From Alphaproteobacteria bacterium (lineage in GTDB: Bacteria; Pseudomonadota; Alphaproteobacteria; SP197): a DNA stretch of 64,000 nucleotides. The notes under the pieces were generated by a model. That model did no database searches. It saw nothing but the letters and a program-made list of their open reading frames with translations, and was not told where the DNA came from. Where the stretch lies: positions 1,120,001 to 1,184,000 of the forward strand of contig OZ219918.1 in the NCBI GenBank assembly GCA_964291415.2. Direction: 5' to 3'. The position numbers and the translations under genes were made by a program. Positions 9,811 to 20,048 of this stretch are shown here, piece after piece. How positions within the stretch are numbered: the first letter of the stretch is position 1; each line of letters starts with the position of its first letter.

Positions 9811-11433
9811 TCAGTTGAGGAAACCGGCGTCCTCGCGCACTTCGACGAGAGTAGGACCGTCGGCGTCAAAGGCCTCCGTGATGACCCCGGTGAGCGCCGA
9901 GAGGGAGGAGGGCCGTTCCGATCGTGCTCCAAAGGCGCCTGCCAGGGCTGCGAAGTCGGGATTGCGTCCCGGAGTGACACCAAGAGGTCCGATTTCGCGC
10001 TCGATCATGTCATCGCGAATCTGACCGAGACCGCCGTTGTTCCACAGCACGATCGGCAGGCCGACCTTCTCGTCGACGGCGGTGGCGAGTTCGCTTGCCG
10101 TGAAGAGGAACCCGGCATCGCCTGCGAGTGCCGCGCCGCGGCGCTCGGGCGAGCCGAGCCTGGCGCCGATGGCCGAAGGCATGGCTGATCCGAGCGTGCA
10201 GTAGCCGTTGGGATGGGTGTAGGTGCGCGGCCTGGAGGTGGGCCAGTACTCGTTGGCAAAGTATGCGATCTGGGTGGCATCGGTAATCAGCCAGCCGTCT
10301 TCGGGAATCGCAGCGCGCATGGCGTCGAGCACGGCCTTGTACCGCGCCGCGCCCGGGTTCGCGAGGAGCTGTTCCATCACCTTCCGGCGGAGATCCGCGA
10401 TGGCACCGGAACCGGTGAAGCCCGGTTGTCCTCGAGCTGCGGGCAGGGCTTCGGTCAGCATGGTCATGGTCAGCCCGGCATCGCCCAGGAGCGCGGCGTC
10501 GGGCGTATAGTCCCGGGCGAGGTTGCCGGCATCGACATCGATACGGATGAGCCGGCCCTTCAGTACGAGAAAGTCGGGCTCCTTCCAGATGTCGGTCTCG
10601 GCGAGTTCGGTGCCGACGGCAATGACGACGTCGGCTTTTTCGATGAGTTCATGCGCCAGCGGAAAGGAGAGGCAGGCGCCGCAGTTGAGAGGATGGGAGT
10701 CGGGCAAGGCACCCTTGCCGGCGATAGTGAGGAACACGGCGGCGCCCAGCCGTTCGGCGAGAGCCCGCAGGGGTTCGCCGTGGTCGATCGTTCCGCCGCC
10801 GGCGATGATGACCGGTTGCCGGGCGCCTGCAGCGATGGCGGCGGCCTTCTCGACTGCCGCCTCATCGGGCGCCAGCGGACCGGTGATGGGCGAGGTTCTC
10901 ACGGCGAACTCCGCCGTTTCGGCGATCTTGTCGATGGGGAGTTCGATGTAGCAGGGCCGGGGGCGGCTGGAGGCGAAGGTGGAGAAGGCGCGATGCACGG
11001 CGCCAGGAATCTGGCGGCCGTCGAGAATGGTCTGGGCATCGGCCGTCAGCGGCCGGATTGTCGCCAGCTGATCGGTGATTTCGTGGAGGCGTCCGCGTCC
11101 GGCGCCAAGGTCGCCGGATCCATTGGTGCTGGCAATCACCAGCATCGGCTGGCTGTCGGCATAGGCGTTGCCCACGGCGGTGGCGATGTTGGTCACTCCG
11201 GGGCCTGTGATGACGCAACAAAGGGCCGGTTTGCCGGAAATCCTCGCATGGCCATCGGCCATGAAACCGCCGCCCTGTTCGTGACGGAACAGCACGTGGC
11301 GCATGCCGGAATCGACGATGCCTCGATAGTATTCCAGGGTATGGACGCCGGGCATGCCGAAGACCGTCTCGATCCCGTAGGCCCGGACAAGCTGCATCAG
11401 CGCCTGGCCCCGGGAAAGGTTGCCACCTGCCAT
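9811..11433 (-). CDS. ThDP-dependent enzyme, 5-guanidino-2-oxopentanoate decarboxylase (AruI)-like
   Basis: FGMPGVHTLE, RHEQGGGFMADG, GRGRLHE and GDAGFLFT...WNN ThDP motif; real start at MAGGNL (11433). Confidence 0.85.
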   Translation of the reverse strand: MAGGNLSRGQALMQLVRAYGIETVFGMPGVHTLEYYRGIVDSGMRHVLFRHEQGGGFMADGHARISGKPALCCVITGPGVTNIATAVGNAYADSQPMLVIASTNGSGDLGAGRGRLHEITDQLATIRPLTADAQTILDGRQIPGAVHRAFSTFASSRPRPCYIELPIDKIAETAEFAVRTSPITGPLAPDEAAVEKAAAIAAGARQPVIIAGGGTIDHGEPLRALAERLGAAVFLTIAGKGALPDSHPLNCGACLSFPLAHELIEKADVVIAVGTELAETDIWKEPDFLVLKGRLIRIDVDAGNLARDYTPDAALLGDAGLTMTMLTEALPAARGQPGFTGSGAIADLRRKVMEQLLANPGAARYKAVLDAMRAAIPEDGWLITDATQIAYFANEYWPTSRPRTYTHPNGYCTLGSAMPSAIGARLGSPERRGAALAGDAGFLFTASELATAVDEKVGLPIVLWNNGGLGQIRDDMIEREIGPLGVTPGRNPDFAALAGAFGARSERPSSLSALTGVITEAFDADGPTLVEVREDAGFLN

Positions 11434-11505
11434 GGTCGATCTCCTTGAAGCGCATGAAACGCGGATGGTAGCCTCCCGCTCTTCGTTCGGGAACGGGAAA
11501 CCGCC

Positions 11506-12417
11506 ATGGCCTCCAATCCTCTTCGCTGCCGCGAGCCGGAAGGAAACACTCCTCAACTCACCGACTGGGGATGCAATTCCGAGTACGGTGTCCTGACCGA
11601 CGTCCTGCTCGGGCCGGCCGACCACTTCCACTGGCTCCCGACGAGTTCCATCTCCAGGGCCACCCTCAAGCGCGGAGACCGGTTCGACGCGCAGCTGGCC
11701 ATGAAACAGCACCGCGAGATGGTCGATGCATACGAGGAAGCGGGTGTGAAGGTGCATTGGCTGGAGGCCGACTCCGAACTTCCCTACCAGGTCTTTGCCA
11801 GGGACTCCTCCTTCATGACGCCCTACGGCGCCGTGGTCACCCAGATGGCCCAGTGGTGGCGGCGTGGTGAATACGGACCGGTCATTCGCTTCTACGTCGA
11901 CAACGGCATTCCGATCTTCGACATGGTGACGGCGGGGTCCTTCGAGGGAGGCGACTTCGACATCATCGAGCCGGGATGCGTCCTCATCGGCTGGTGCGGC
12001 GAACGCACCCAGGAACAGTCGGCGCATCAGGTGGGACAGTGGTTCGAGAGGGAGGGCTGGGAAGTCCGCGTGACACCGATTGCCGAACACTACGTGCACA
12101 TCGATCTCATGGTCTGCATGTTGGCCGAGAAACTCTGCGCGGTCTGTCTCGACACGACCGAACCGGCCACCGTCGACTGGCTGAAGGCCAAGGGAATCGA
12201 GATCGTGCCGGTGAACTATCCCGACACCATGGCGCTGGCCTGCAACGTGGTCTCCCTGGGCAACGACCGGGTCATTGCGCCAGCCCATGCCAGGGATCTG
12301 GTGGACCGTCTGAAGGCCCTCGGTTTCACCGTCTATGACCCCGACGTGGACTGCTTCACCCGTGGCGGTGGCGGCGTCCACTGCATGGCGCAGTCGCTGC
12401 GCCGCGAACCAGTCTGA
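11506..12417 (+). CDS. Amidinotransferase/DDAH/arginine deiminase superfamily (pentein) protein
   Basis: NSEYG, FARD, FEGGD, HID and GGGGVHC (Asp/His/Cys catalytic set). Confidence 0.9.
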   Translation: MASNPLRCREPEGNTPQLTDWGCNSEYGVLTDVLLGPADHFHWLPTSSISRATLKRGDRFDAQLAMKQHREMVDAYEEAGVKVHWLEADSELPYQVFARDSSFMTPYGAVVTQMAQWWRRGEYGPVIRFYVDNGIPIFDMVTAGSFEGGDFDIIEPGCVLIGWCGERTQEQSAHQVGQWFEREGWEVRVTPIAEHYVHIDLMVCMLAEKLCAVCLDTTEPATVDWLKAKGIEIVPVNYPDTMALACNVVSLGNDRVIAPAHARDLVDRLKALGFTVYDPDVDCFTRGGGGVHCMAQSLRREPV

Positions 12418-12430
12418 GCGGAGACCATCG

Positions 12431-13201
12431 ATGTCACAAGCGGTCATGATCGTCACCGGAGGCAGCCGCGGAATCGGTGCGGAGATTGCCCGCCTGGCCG
12501 GCAGGCGGGGCTATGATGTTGCGGTCAACTATTCCGCCTCCAGGGACCGCGCCGAAGAGGTGGCAGAGTCGATCCGGGCTGAAGGCCGCCGCGCCGCCGC
12601 CATCCGTGCCGACGTCTCCCGGCCCGATGACATCGAGTCTCTCTTCGAGGAGACCGACCGCCTGCTCGGCGCGCCGGCGGCGCTGGTCAACAACGCCGGA
12701 ATCTCGGTCGAGACGCCGGTGGCTGATCACGAGGTCGACGCGGTCAGGCGGATCATCGACACCAATCTCCTCGGGCCGGCGCTGACCAGTCGCCAGGCGA
12801 TCCGCCGCATGTCGACGGCAAGGGGCGGCAATGGTGGCGTGATCGTCAACGTGTCATCGATCTCCGGGGTCTACGGCGGATTGCCGGGTGACGTCGTCTA
12901 TGCCGCCACCAAGGGCGGACTCGATTCCTTCACCCTGGGTCTCGCCAAGGAAGTGGCGGGGGAGGGGATTCGCGTGTGCTGTGTGCGCCCCGGCCTCATC
13001 AAGACCGAAATCTGGGACGATGGCATGGGACAGGACGAGGTGATCGAACTCGGCGAGCGTGCCGTTCCGTTGGGCCGCATTGGCGAGGTCGGAGACATCG
13101 CCACGGCGGTCCTGTGGATGTGTTCCGACGAGGCAGCCTATGTCACGGGCGCCATTCTCAATGTCAGCGGCGGCCGCGAGACGTTCGTGCGCGGCGGCTG
13201 A
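12431..13201 (+). CDS. SDR family oxidoreductase
   Basis: TGGSRGIG, NNAG, YAATK. Confidence 0.92.
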   Translation: MSQAVMIVTGGSRGIGAEIARLAGRRGYDVAVNYSASRDRAEEVAESIRAEGRRAAAIRADVSRPDDIESLFEETDRLLGAPAALVNNAGISVETPVADHEVDAVRRIIDTNLLGPALTSRQAIRRMSTARGGNGGVIVNVSSISGVYGGLPGDVVYAATKGGLDSFTLGLAKEVAGEGIRVCCVRPGLIKTEIWDDGMGQDEVIELGERAVPLGRIGEVGDIATAVLWMCSDEAAYVTGAILNVSGGRETFVRGG

Positions 13202-13215
13202 TCAGGGTCTGCGGC

Positions 13216-14013
13216 CTATCGTCCGGTGAACCGGGGCTTGCGCTTTTCTGCAAAGGCGCGCGGGCCTTCCTTGGCATCGTCGCTGGCGAGCATGCGCGAG
13301 TAGATCGGCAGACCGCCTCCACGCAATGTCCGGAAGCAGTCGGGAACCGACATGTGCATGGTGTGGCGTACCGCCTCCTTGGTGGCCTGCAGCGCCAGCG
13401 GCCCGCCCTCGGCGAGGTGATCCGCGGTCTCACGGGCCCTGGTCATCAGTTCTTCCGCCTCCACGATCTCGTTGACAAGACCCCACTTGAGGGCCTCTTC
13501 GGCGCCCATGCGGCGGCCGCTGAGCAGGATGTCCATGGCGACCGAATGAGGCAGGCGCCGGGGCAGGATCTGGATGGCGCCGGCGTCGGCGATGAAGCCC
13601 ATGTGCACGTCCGGGATGAAGAACGTGGCGTGGGGCACCGCGTACTGGATGTCGCTGGCCAGGGCGATTTCCCAGCCGCCGCCCACGGCATACCCATTGA
13701 TGGCGGCAATGACCGGCTTGTAGAGATTCCACATCTCCGTAATGCCGGCGAAGCCACCGTCGACCTCGTCGTCCTCGCCGGCGCCGCCGGCATCGAAGTC
13801 GCGTGCCGCCTCCTTGAGATCCCAACCCGGAGAAAAGAACTTGTCGCCGGCGCCGGTGACGATACCCACCAGAAGATCGGGGTCGTCGCGCAATGTCGCG
13901 AAGGCCCGGGAAAGGCCCGCCGTCACCTTGCGGCCGATGGCATTGGCCGGCGGATTGTCGATGGTGATTTCGAGGACCTTGCCCCGACGTTCGCAATGGA
14001 CCACGTCACTCAT
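13216..14013 (-). CDS. Enoyl-CoA hydratase, carnitinyl-CoA dehydratase (CaiD)-like
   Basis: FFSPGWDLK, GGFAGITE, AINGYAVGGGWE and EGPRAFAEKRKP. Confidence 0.88.
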   Translation of the reverse strand: MSDVVHCERRGKVLEITIDNPPANAIGRKVTAGLSRAFATLRDDPDLLVGIVTGAGDKFFSPGWDLKEAARDFDAGGAGEDDEVDGGFAGITEMWNLYKPVIAAINGYAVGGGWEIALASDIQYAVPHATFFIPDVHMGFIADAGAIQILPRRLPHSVAMDILLSGRRMGAEEALKWGLVNEIVEAEELMTRARETADHLAEGGPLALQATKEAVRHTMHMSVPDCFRTLRGGGLPIYSRMLASDDAKEGPRAFAEKRKPRFTGR

Positions 14014-14016
14014 GGT

Positions 14017-16131
14017 TCAAGTCTCCGTTCCGGTCATTCTCATCAAGCAGTCGGCAACCACGACCCCGCCACCCCGGGGCATGACGAGAAGCGGGTTGAT
14101 GTCGAGCTCCGCGAGGCTTGCAGGATGTTCTGCTGCAAGGGCGGCCACGGCCATGACTGCATCGACGAGGGCCTCCGCGTCACCAGACGGCGCCCCCCTG
14201 TACCCTTCGAGAAGGCGCGAAACCTTCAGGGATCCGATGGCCCGATGCACGTCCTCGCGTTCGAGAGGGAGAAGCAGGACGACAGCATCCTCGACAAGCT
14301 CGACGAAGGTGCCGCCGGCGCCGATGATCAGCACCTGCCCGAAGGTGCTGTCGCGTGTCACGCCGATAATCATTTCGGCCACGTGGCCGGTGACCATGGC
14401 TTCAACCAGGACCTCCCTGACACCGGTGTTGCGGACGATGGTCCCCGCCGCCCGGTCAACCTCGCGGTGATCGGTGAGGTTGAGGGCGACCCCACCGGCC
14501 TCGGTCTTGTGGGCAATCGTGGCTGACAGTGCCTTCACGACCACCGGATAGCCGATACGCTCGGCGGCGGATGCGGCTGCTGCAGGGCGGACGCACTCAC
14601 CGGACGGGATTGTCAGTCCGGAGGCGGCGAGAACCTGCTTGCCTTCCCGTTCATCAAGGGTCCGCACGTCGCCGGCAAGGGTGACCGGCGCGGCAAGGGC
14701 GCGATCACCGGGCGCCGGGCGGGACAGGAACGCGTTCCGCCTGGTGCCGTAGAGGCAGGCCCGCGCCAGGGAGAGCGTGCCCGCCCTGATGCCGTGGGTC
14801 ATGGCGATGCCGGCTTCGTGAAACTGCTTGCGGAGTCTGATGGAGGTGTTGTCGGGAAGCGACGACGTGATGACGCCGGGAATGCCGTGCCGGAGCACCG
14901 ACGTGTGGAAGGCGCGCATGGCCGCCGCGGCGCCATCATCCTGCGAGCGGGCGCGAGGCATCTGTTCCGTATCGGCGATTGCGTCGACCACCAGCAGTCC
15001 GGCGTCGATCCCCTGGCGCAGCATCACGGGAAAGATGGCTTCCAGGACGTCCTGCCGGCCCCAGTTGGAGGTGTTGTAGTCGAGTGGATTGGCAATCGTC
15101 GTGAAAGCCTGCATGTGACGGGCGATGTCGTCGCGCTGGCGCTGGTCAAGTTCCGGCAATTCGATTCCAAGGGGTTCCACGATATCGGCAACACATCCCG
15201 AATCGCCTCCTGAACATGTCATCACGGCAAGCCGGAGTCCTTCGGGAATGCCCGTCACCGACACCACCTTTGCGGTTTCCAGCAGATCCTCCGGAGTCTC
15301 AACCCGGATGATGTTGAGCCGGTCGAAGAGTGCCTGATAGAACCTGTCGTCACCGGCAAGGGATGCGGTGTGACTCATGGCCATGGAAGCGCCTTTCCTG
15401 GAGACGCCGGACTTGAGCACGATGATGGGCTTGCCGGCCTCGAGGGCGCGCACCGCGGCCCGGCTGAAAGCCGCGGCGTCGGGCAGCGTTTCCATGAAGA
15501 GAGCGAAAGAGGTGACGGCGGGATCGTCGACCAGCACCTCGATGTAGTCGGCAAAGTCGAGAACGGCCTGATTGCCGCAGGAAATGACGTGGGAGAGCGG
15601 CGTGCCGCGCCGGCCGTTGGCGACGTTGATGCAGATGTTGCCGCTCTGCCCGATGAACGCGCATCCCCTGGTGGTTCTCTCCCCCAGGGTCGGCGTCGCC
15701 ATCGCCAGGGCGCCGTTGACGAAGTTGTTGAAGCCGTAGCAGTTGGGTCCGATGACCGCGAGATTGCCTGCTCGTTGCCGGAGTTCCCCTTCCAGGGTGA
15801 GGCCTTCTCCGCCGACTTCCGCATAGCCTGCCGCATAGCAGATGGCGCCTCCGGCCCCCATGTCATCGAGTTCGGCAATCAGGTCATTGGTCATCTCCCG
15901 GTTGACCGCCAGGAAGACGACATCGGGCGGCGTATCGAGTTCGTCGATGGATCCCAGGCAACGTTCGCCAGCGATCTCCTGCCGCCGAGGATTGACGACG
16001 CGAATATCACCGGCAAACCCCAGGTTCCGGGTCGCGGCGATGGCCGGTTCGAGGAAGGAGCCGCCGATGTAGCAAATGCTGTCCGGATAAAGGGCGCGTC
16101 GAAGGTTTGCGTGACGGGCCGTGCGGGACAT
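14017..16131 (-). CDS. Acetate-CoA ligase (ADP-forming) family acyl-CoA synthetase
   Basis: GPNCYG, QSGN, SHTASLAG (phospho-His), HKTEAGGV and ELDINPL ATP-grasp domain; start at MSRTAR (16131). Confidence 0.9.
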   Translation of the reverse strand: MSRTARHANLRRALYPDSICYIGGSFLEPAIAATRNLGFAGDIRVVNPRRQEIAGERCLGSIDELDTPPDVVFLAVNREMTNDLIAELDDMGAGGAICYAAGYAEVGGEGLTLEGELRQRAGNLAVIGPNCYGFNNFVNGALAMATPTLGERTTRGCAFIGQSGNICINVANGRRGTPLSHVISCGNQAVLDFADYIEVLVDDPAVTSFALFMETLPDAAAFSRAAVRALEAGKPIIVLKSGVSRKGASMAMSHTASLAGDDRFYQALFDRLNIIRVETPEDLLETAKVVSVTGIPEGLRLAVMTCSGGDSGCVADIVEPLGIELPELDQRQRDDIARHMQAFTTIANPLDYNTSNWGRQDVLEAIFPVMLRQGIDAGLLVVDAIADTEQMPRARSQDDGAAAAMRAFHTSVLRHGIPGVITSSLPDNTSIRLRKQFHEAGIAMTHGIRAGTLSLARACLYGTRRNAFLSRPAPGDRALAAPVTLAGDVRTLDEREGKQVLAASGLTIPSGECVRPAAAASAAERIGYPVVVKALSATIAHKTEAGGVALNLTDHREVDRAAGTIVRNTGVREVLVEAMVTGHVAEMIIGVTRDSTFGQVLIIGAGGTFVELVEDAVVLLLPLEREDVHRAIGSLKVSRLLEGYRGAPSGDAEALVDAVMAVAALAAEHPASLAELDINPLLVMPRGGGVVVADCLMRMTGTET

Positions 16132-16257
16132 GTCAGGCGGACACCATGGAAAACGATTCGGATGGCATCGGGAACGAATGATCCCTCGCGGGCGGGCGCC
16201 GGACAAGGATGAGGGCAACACGCCAGGAGAGGCAATGCCCGTGACCAGGGCAGCGGC

Positions 16258-17514
16258 CTACCATTTGGCTGTGCGTCCCAGATCGCGGTCCATGTGGTCG
16301 CGCAAGGCCGATTCGGTCAGCACCTGGGAGGTTCTCACGACCGTCACGAAATCGCGCTGTTCGTCCATCGGCACCGGTGCGCGCCGCGTCATGCGGTAGA
16401 GGGCGAAAGCACCAAGCAGCATCATGGCCGTCGCCGGGAACCAGAAGTAGCCCGCCGGTCCGGCAATCTGCATCATCGCGCCTGCGGCGGTCGGCCCGAG
16501 GATGCCGCCGATCCCGGCGGCGAGCAGCAGCCCGCTGGAGGCGGCCACCATCTGCTCCGGTTGGAGATGATCGTTCGTGTGCGCGATCGAGAGCGAATAG
16601 AGCGGCGACAGGAAACACCCGACAACCGCCACGGCGATGATCTGAATCAGGGGTTCAGGACCGGCGAAAAGAGCCGCAAGGCTGGCGGCGGCACCGCCCG
16701 CGAATGCCACGATCGTCAGGATCTTCCGGCGATCGAAGCGATCGCTCAGTCGGCCGATCGGCCAGATCAGGATCATGCCGCCGACGATGGTGGCCGCCGT
16801 GAAGAGGGAGACATTGCCGACGTCCATGCCAAGGCCCGTGCCGTAGAGTGACGCCAGCCAGACAAGAGCCCCCGAGGTGGCGCCATTGGTGAAGCAGCCG
16901 GCGACTCCCAGTGGCGATGTTCTCACCAGTTCGACGACTCCGAGTCTGGCCGGGTTCTCGAAGTGTGGTGCGGGATAGGTGGTGAGTGACACCGGCAACA
17001 CGGCCAGGGAGACGAGGATGGAAGCGGTCATGAAGAGTAGAGGACCGGCGGGGTCCGCAACATTGAGGAGCAGAGGACCGACTGCCATCGAGCCGGACAT
17101 GGCGATGATGTAGACTCCGAGCAACTGACCGCGTGTCTCGTTTGTCGAGCGGTCGTTCAGCCAGCTTTCGGCGATGATGAAGAGGCCGATGTTGCAGAAG
17201 CCGGTGAGAATTCGCAGCACGGCCCACGTGGCGGCATCGACGACAACCGCGTGGCCCAGGGCCGAGATCGAGGCCAGCGAGGCAAGCGCCGTGAACACGC
17301 GGATGTGACCCACGCGCTCTACAAGACGGGGCACCGCGAGAGCACCGAGGACAAACCCGAAGTAGTAGCTCGACATGATGATGCCGGTCACAAGATTCGG
17401 AAAGCCGGCCGACGGCGCTCGCAGGCCGAGAAGCGAGCCTTGAAGGGCGTTGCCGGACATCAGCAGGGAGATGCTGACGATGACCGCCCAGACGCCGAAG
17501 ATCGCTGCAATCAA
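16258..17514 (-). CDS. MFS transporter (YcaD-like)
   Basis: 12-TM pattern; RVGHIRVF, ESWLND and GRLSDRFDRR. Confidence 0.9.
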   Translation of the reverse strand: MIAAIFGVWAVIVSISLLMSGNALQGSLLGLRAPSAGFPNLVTGIIMSSYYFGFVLGALAVPRLVERVGHIRVFTALASLASISALGHAVVVDAATWAVLRILTGFCNIGLFIIAESWLNDRSTNETRGQLLGVYIIAMSGSMAVGPLLLNVADPAGPLLFMTASILVSLAVLPVSLTTYPAPHFENPARLGVVELVRTSPLGVAGCFTNGATSGALVWLASLYGTGLGMDVGNVSLFTAATIVGGMILIWPIGRLSDRFDRRKILTIVAFAGGAAASLAALFAGPEPLIQIIAVAVVGCFLSPLYSLSIAHTNDHLQPEQMVAASSGLLLAAGIGGILGPTAAGAMMQIAGPAGYFWFPATAMMLLGAFALYRMTRRAPVPMDEQRDFVTVVRTSQVLTESALRDHMDRDLGRTAKW

Positions 17515-17640
17515 GGGTGTGGGTTCCCGCGCAGATGAGGCTGCCGCCTATGCCCTATCGGAGCGCATGAATCCAGTCCGAAAGTGCCGGTTTCCGGCAT
17601 CGCGCCTGACAGCGACCGGGCCGGGTTCGGGCCGAAGCCG

Positions 17641-19350
17641 TCACATGAGGAAGTAGCGCCTGGAGAGAGCCACGTGATGGATGGGAGGGACGTCGAGGAG
17701 AACGCCGTCGGCATGGACTTCGAAGGTTCCCGGATCGACCCAGATCTGCGGCAGGGCGTCATTGCGAACCATGTCCTTTTTGGAAAGATGCCGTGTACCC
17801 GTTGCCGGCAGCAATGTCCGGCCGAGGCCGAGCCTTCGATCGAGACCGCTGTCGATGGCGAGGGGATGGACGAAGACGAACGACACCCGGTCGGGAGCGC
17901 CGCCGCAGGCGGGCCAGGACTCGCGATACACGAGGGGTTCGCTTATCGACAGCGATGCCGCCGCCGTGCCGGACGGACTCCACACCTCGGCGCCAGCCTT
18001 GAAGACCTGCTGTGCCTTGACCCCGAAGAACTCCGGGCGCCACAGCACGATATCGGCGATCTTGCCGACCTCGATGCTGCCGACATCTCCGGCGATGCCG
18101 AAGGTGATGGCCGGGTTGATGGTCACCTTGGCGAGGTAACGCAGGATCCGGGCATTGTCCGCGTTGTCGAAGGGTTCGTCGCCAAGCGGTCCCCGGCGAT
18201 CCTTCATCGCTGAGGCGAGGCGCCACATGCCAGCGATCACATCCATCACCCGCCCCATCCCCTCGGCGTCGGAGCCGGCCATGGAGATGGCGCCGAGGTC
18301 GTGCAGCACGTCTTCGGCGGCCATGGACTGGGGGCGCAGCCGGCTCTCGGCGAAGGCGACATCCTCCGGCACGTCCCCTCGCAGGGTATGGCACAGCATC
18401 ATCATGTCCATGTGCTCGCCCAGGGCATTGAGGGTGAAGGGGTTCGTGGGTGTGGTGGAGGACGGCAGGCAATGGCGTTCTCCGTTGCAGCGAATGATGT
18501 CGGGCGCATGTCCGCCACCGGCGCCCTCGGTGTGGTACATGTGAATGGTACGGCCCGCGATGGCCTCCATCGTTGCCTCGTAAAACCCCGATTCGTTCAT
18601 CGAGTCGGTGTGCAGCTGGACCTGGAAGTCCAGCTGGTCGGCAACGCCGAGACAGGTGTCGATGAGAGCCGGCGTGGCCCCGAGGTCCTCGTGGATCTTC
18701 ACGCCAATGACACCGGAGGCCAGCTGTTCCTCGATGGCGGCAGGCCGGCTGGCGCCGCCGCGGCTGAAGAGACCGAAGTTCATCGGATAGCGCCGGATCG
18801 CCTGCAGCATGATGGCGTTCGCCCAGCCGCCGCCGCTGTCGGTGGTCCAGCACCCCGCAAATCCACCGCCGATCATCGTGGTGAGGCCGGCAGAAAGCGC
18901 GTGCCACACCTCGGCCGGCTGCAGGTAGTGGGCATGGACGTCGATTCCTCCCGGCGTGGCGATCAGCCCCTGTCCGTTGATGTGCTTGGTTCCCGGACCG
19001 ATCACCATGTCCGGCGAGACACCCGCCATGAAGGCGGGATTGCCGGCCTTGCCGATGGCATGGATGCGACCGTCGCGCACACCGACGTCCGCCTTGTAGA
19101 TGCCGCCGACAGGGCACATGACCACGACATTGCAGAAGACGGTCTCGAGAGCTCCCTCGTCGAGTCTGAGGCCGCCGTGAATGCCGGCGTCGCCACGCAG
19201 GGTCTTGCCGAGGCCCGTGATCCCTTCCTCGCCATGGGTGGCGTGGTCGTGTTCGATGCGGGCAATGAGGCTGGTGTCGCCAAGGCGGATGCGGTCTCCC
19301 GTGGTGGGTCCGAAGAGGGCCGCATAGCGTTCCCGGGTCATCGTTGCCAT
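17641..19350 (-). CDS. ureC: Urease alpha subunit homologue (divergent)
   Basis: GPTTGDRIRLGDT, GGIDVHAH, KIHED, HTDSMNESG, HTEGAGGGHAPDI, MLCH and SDAEGMGR; the substrate loop is divergent. Confidence 0.85.
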   Translation of the reverse strand: MATMTRERYAALFGPTTGDRIRLGDTSLIARIEHDHATHGEEGITGLGKTLRGDAGIHGGLRLDEGALETVFCNVVVMCPVGGIYKADVGVRDGRIHAIGKAGNPAFMAGVSPDMVIGPGTKHINGQGLIATPGGIDVHAHYLQPAEVWHALSAGLTTMIGGGFAGCWTTDSGGGWANAIMLQAIRRYPMNFGLFSRGGASRPAAIEEQLASGVIGVKIHEDLGATPALIDTCLGVADQLDFQVQLHTDSMNESGFYEATMEAIAGRTIHMYHTEGAGGGHAPDIIRCNGERHCLPSSTTPTNPFTLNALGEHMDMMMLCHTLRGDVPEDVAFAESRLRPQSMAAEDVLHDLGAISMAGSDAEGMGRVMDVIAGMWRLASAMKDRRGPLGDEPFDNADNARILRYLAKVTINPAITFGIAGDVGSIEVGKIADIVLWRPEFFGVKAQQVFKAGAEVWSPSGTAAASLSISEPLVYRESWPACGGAPDRVSFVFVHPLAIDSGLDRRLGLGRTLLPATGTRHLSKKDMVRNDALPQIWVDPGTFEVHADGVLLDVPPIHHVALSRRYFLM

Positions 19351-19352
19351 GG

Positions 19353-20048
19353 TCAGGCCCCCCGGAATCCGCGCTCGCGGGCCCGGGCGAGGGCCCGCTC
19401 CCGGACATCCGGATCGTGGATGTTGCCCTCGGTAAGGCGATTGAACCCCTGGATGTCACCGCTTCCGGCGATGGCGGTCAGCATCACAGTGCGGTGTTCG
19501 CCCGGATCGAACCGGGCGCTCGCTCCGGCGGGAAGATCAAGACGCCTGCCGAAGGCCGCAGCACGATCGAACTCGAGGTCGCGGTTGGCCTCGAAGAAGT
19601 GATAGTGGCTGGCCACGTGGATCGGCCGGTCGCCGTGGTTGAGAACAGTGAGTTCGGTCTTGGCGCTGCCGTCGTTGAGAGTGATGTCGCCCTCGCCAAC
19701 CAGCAATTCTCCGGGACGGCAGGCGGTATCCGACGCCTGGATTCCAGGACGAACCGGTTGCCAGACGGTGACTGTCTTCAGGCCGTCGTCGAACTGGGCA
19801 TCGACGTTGACGAGATCGATCATCTCCGCCACGCCGGGGAGTACGTCATCGGTCGTCAGGAGTGCCGCGGCGGCACTGCGGACCTCGGCCAGCGTGCGCC
19901 CGTCACGGGCGGCCTCCATGATTTCGTCGGCGATCAGCGCCACCGCCTCGGGCTGATTCAGCCTGAGGCCACGGGCCCTTCGCTTGCGTGCGAGCTCCGC
20001 CGCCGTGAAGAGGGTCAAGCGGTCGATTTCCGCGGGTGTGAGCATCAT
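19353..20048 (-). CDS. ureAB: Fused urease gamma-beta subunit
   Basis: Gamma domain LTPAEIDRL...RGLRLNQPEA, then beta domain GDRPIHVASHYHFFEAN...RFDPGE. Confidence 0.9.
   Translation of the reverse strand: MMLTPAEIDRLTLFTAAELARKRRARGLRLNQPEAVALIADEIMEAARDGRTLAEVRSAAAALLTTDDVLPGVAEMIDLVNVDAQFDDGLKTVTVWQPVRPGIQASDTACRPGELLVGEGDITLNDGSAKTELTVLNHGDRPIHVASHYHFFEANRDLEFDRAAAFGRRLDLPAGASARFDPGEHRTVMLTAIAGSGDIQGFNRLTEGNIHDPDVRERALARARERGFRGA

Noticed and set aside
11434-12456. Apparent 340-aa N-terminal extension of the ThDP enzyme (881-aa ORF)
   Set aside because: It is the antisense shadow of the amidinotransferase gene; the family N-terminus and an RBS support the start at 11433.
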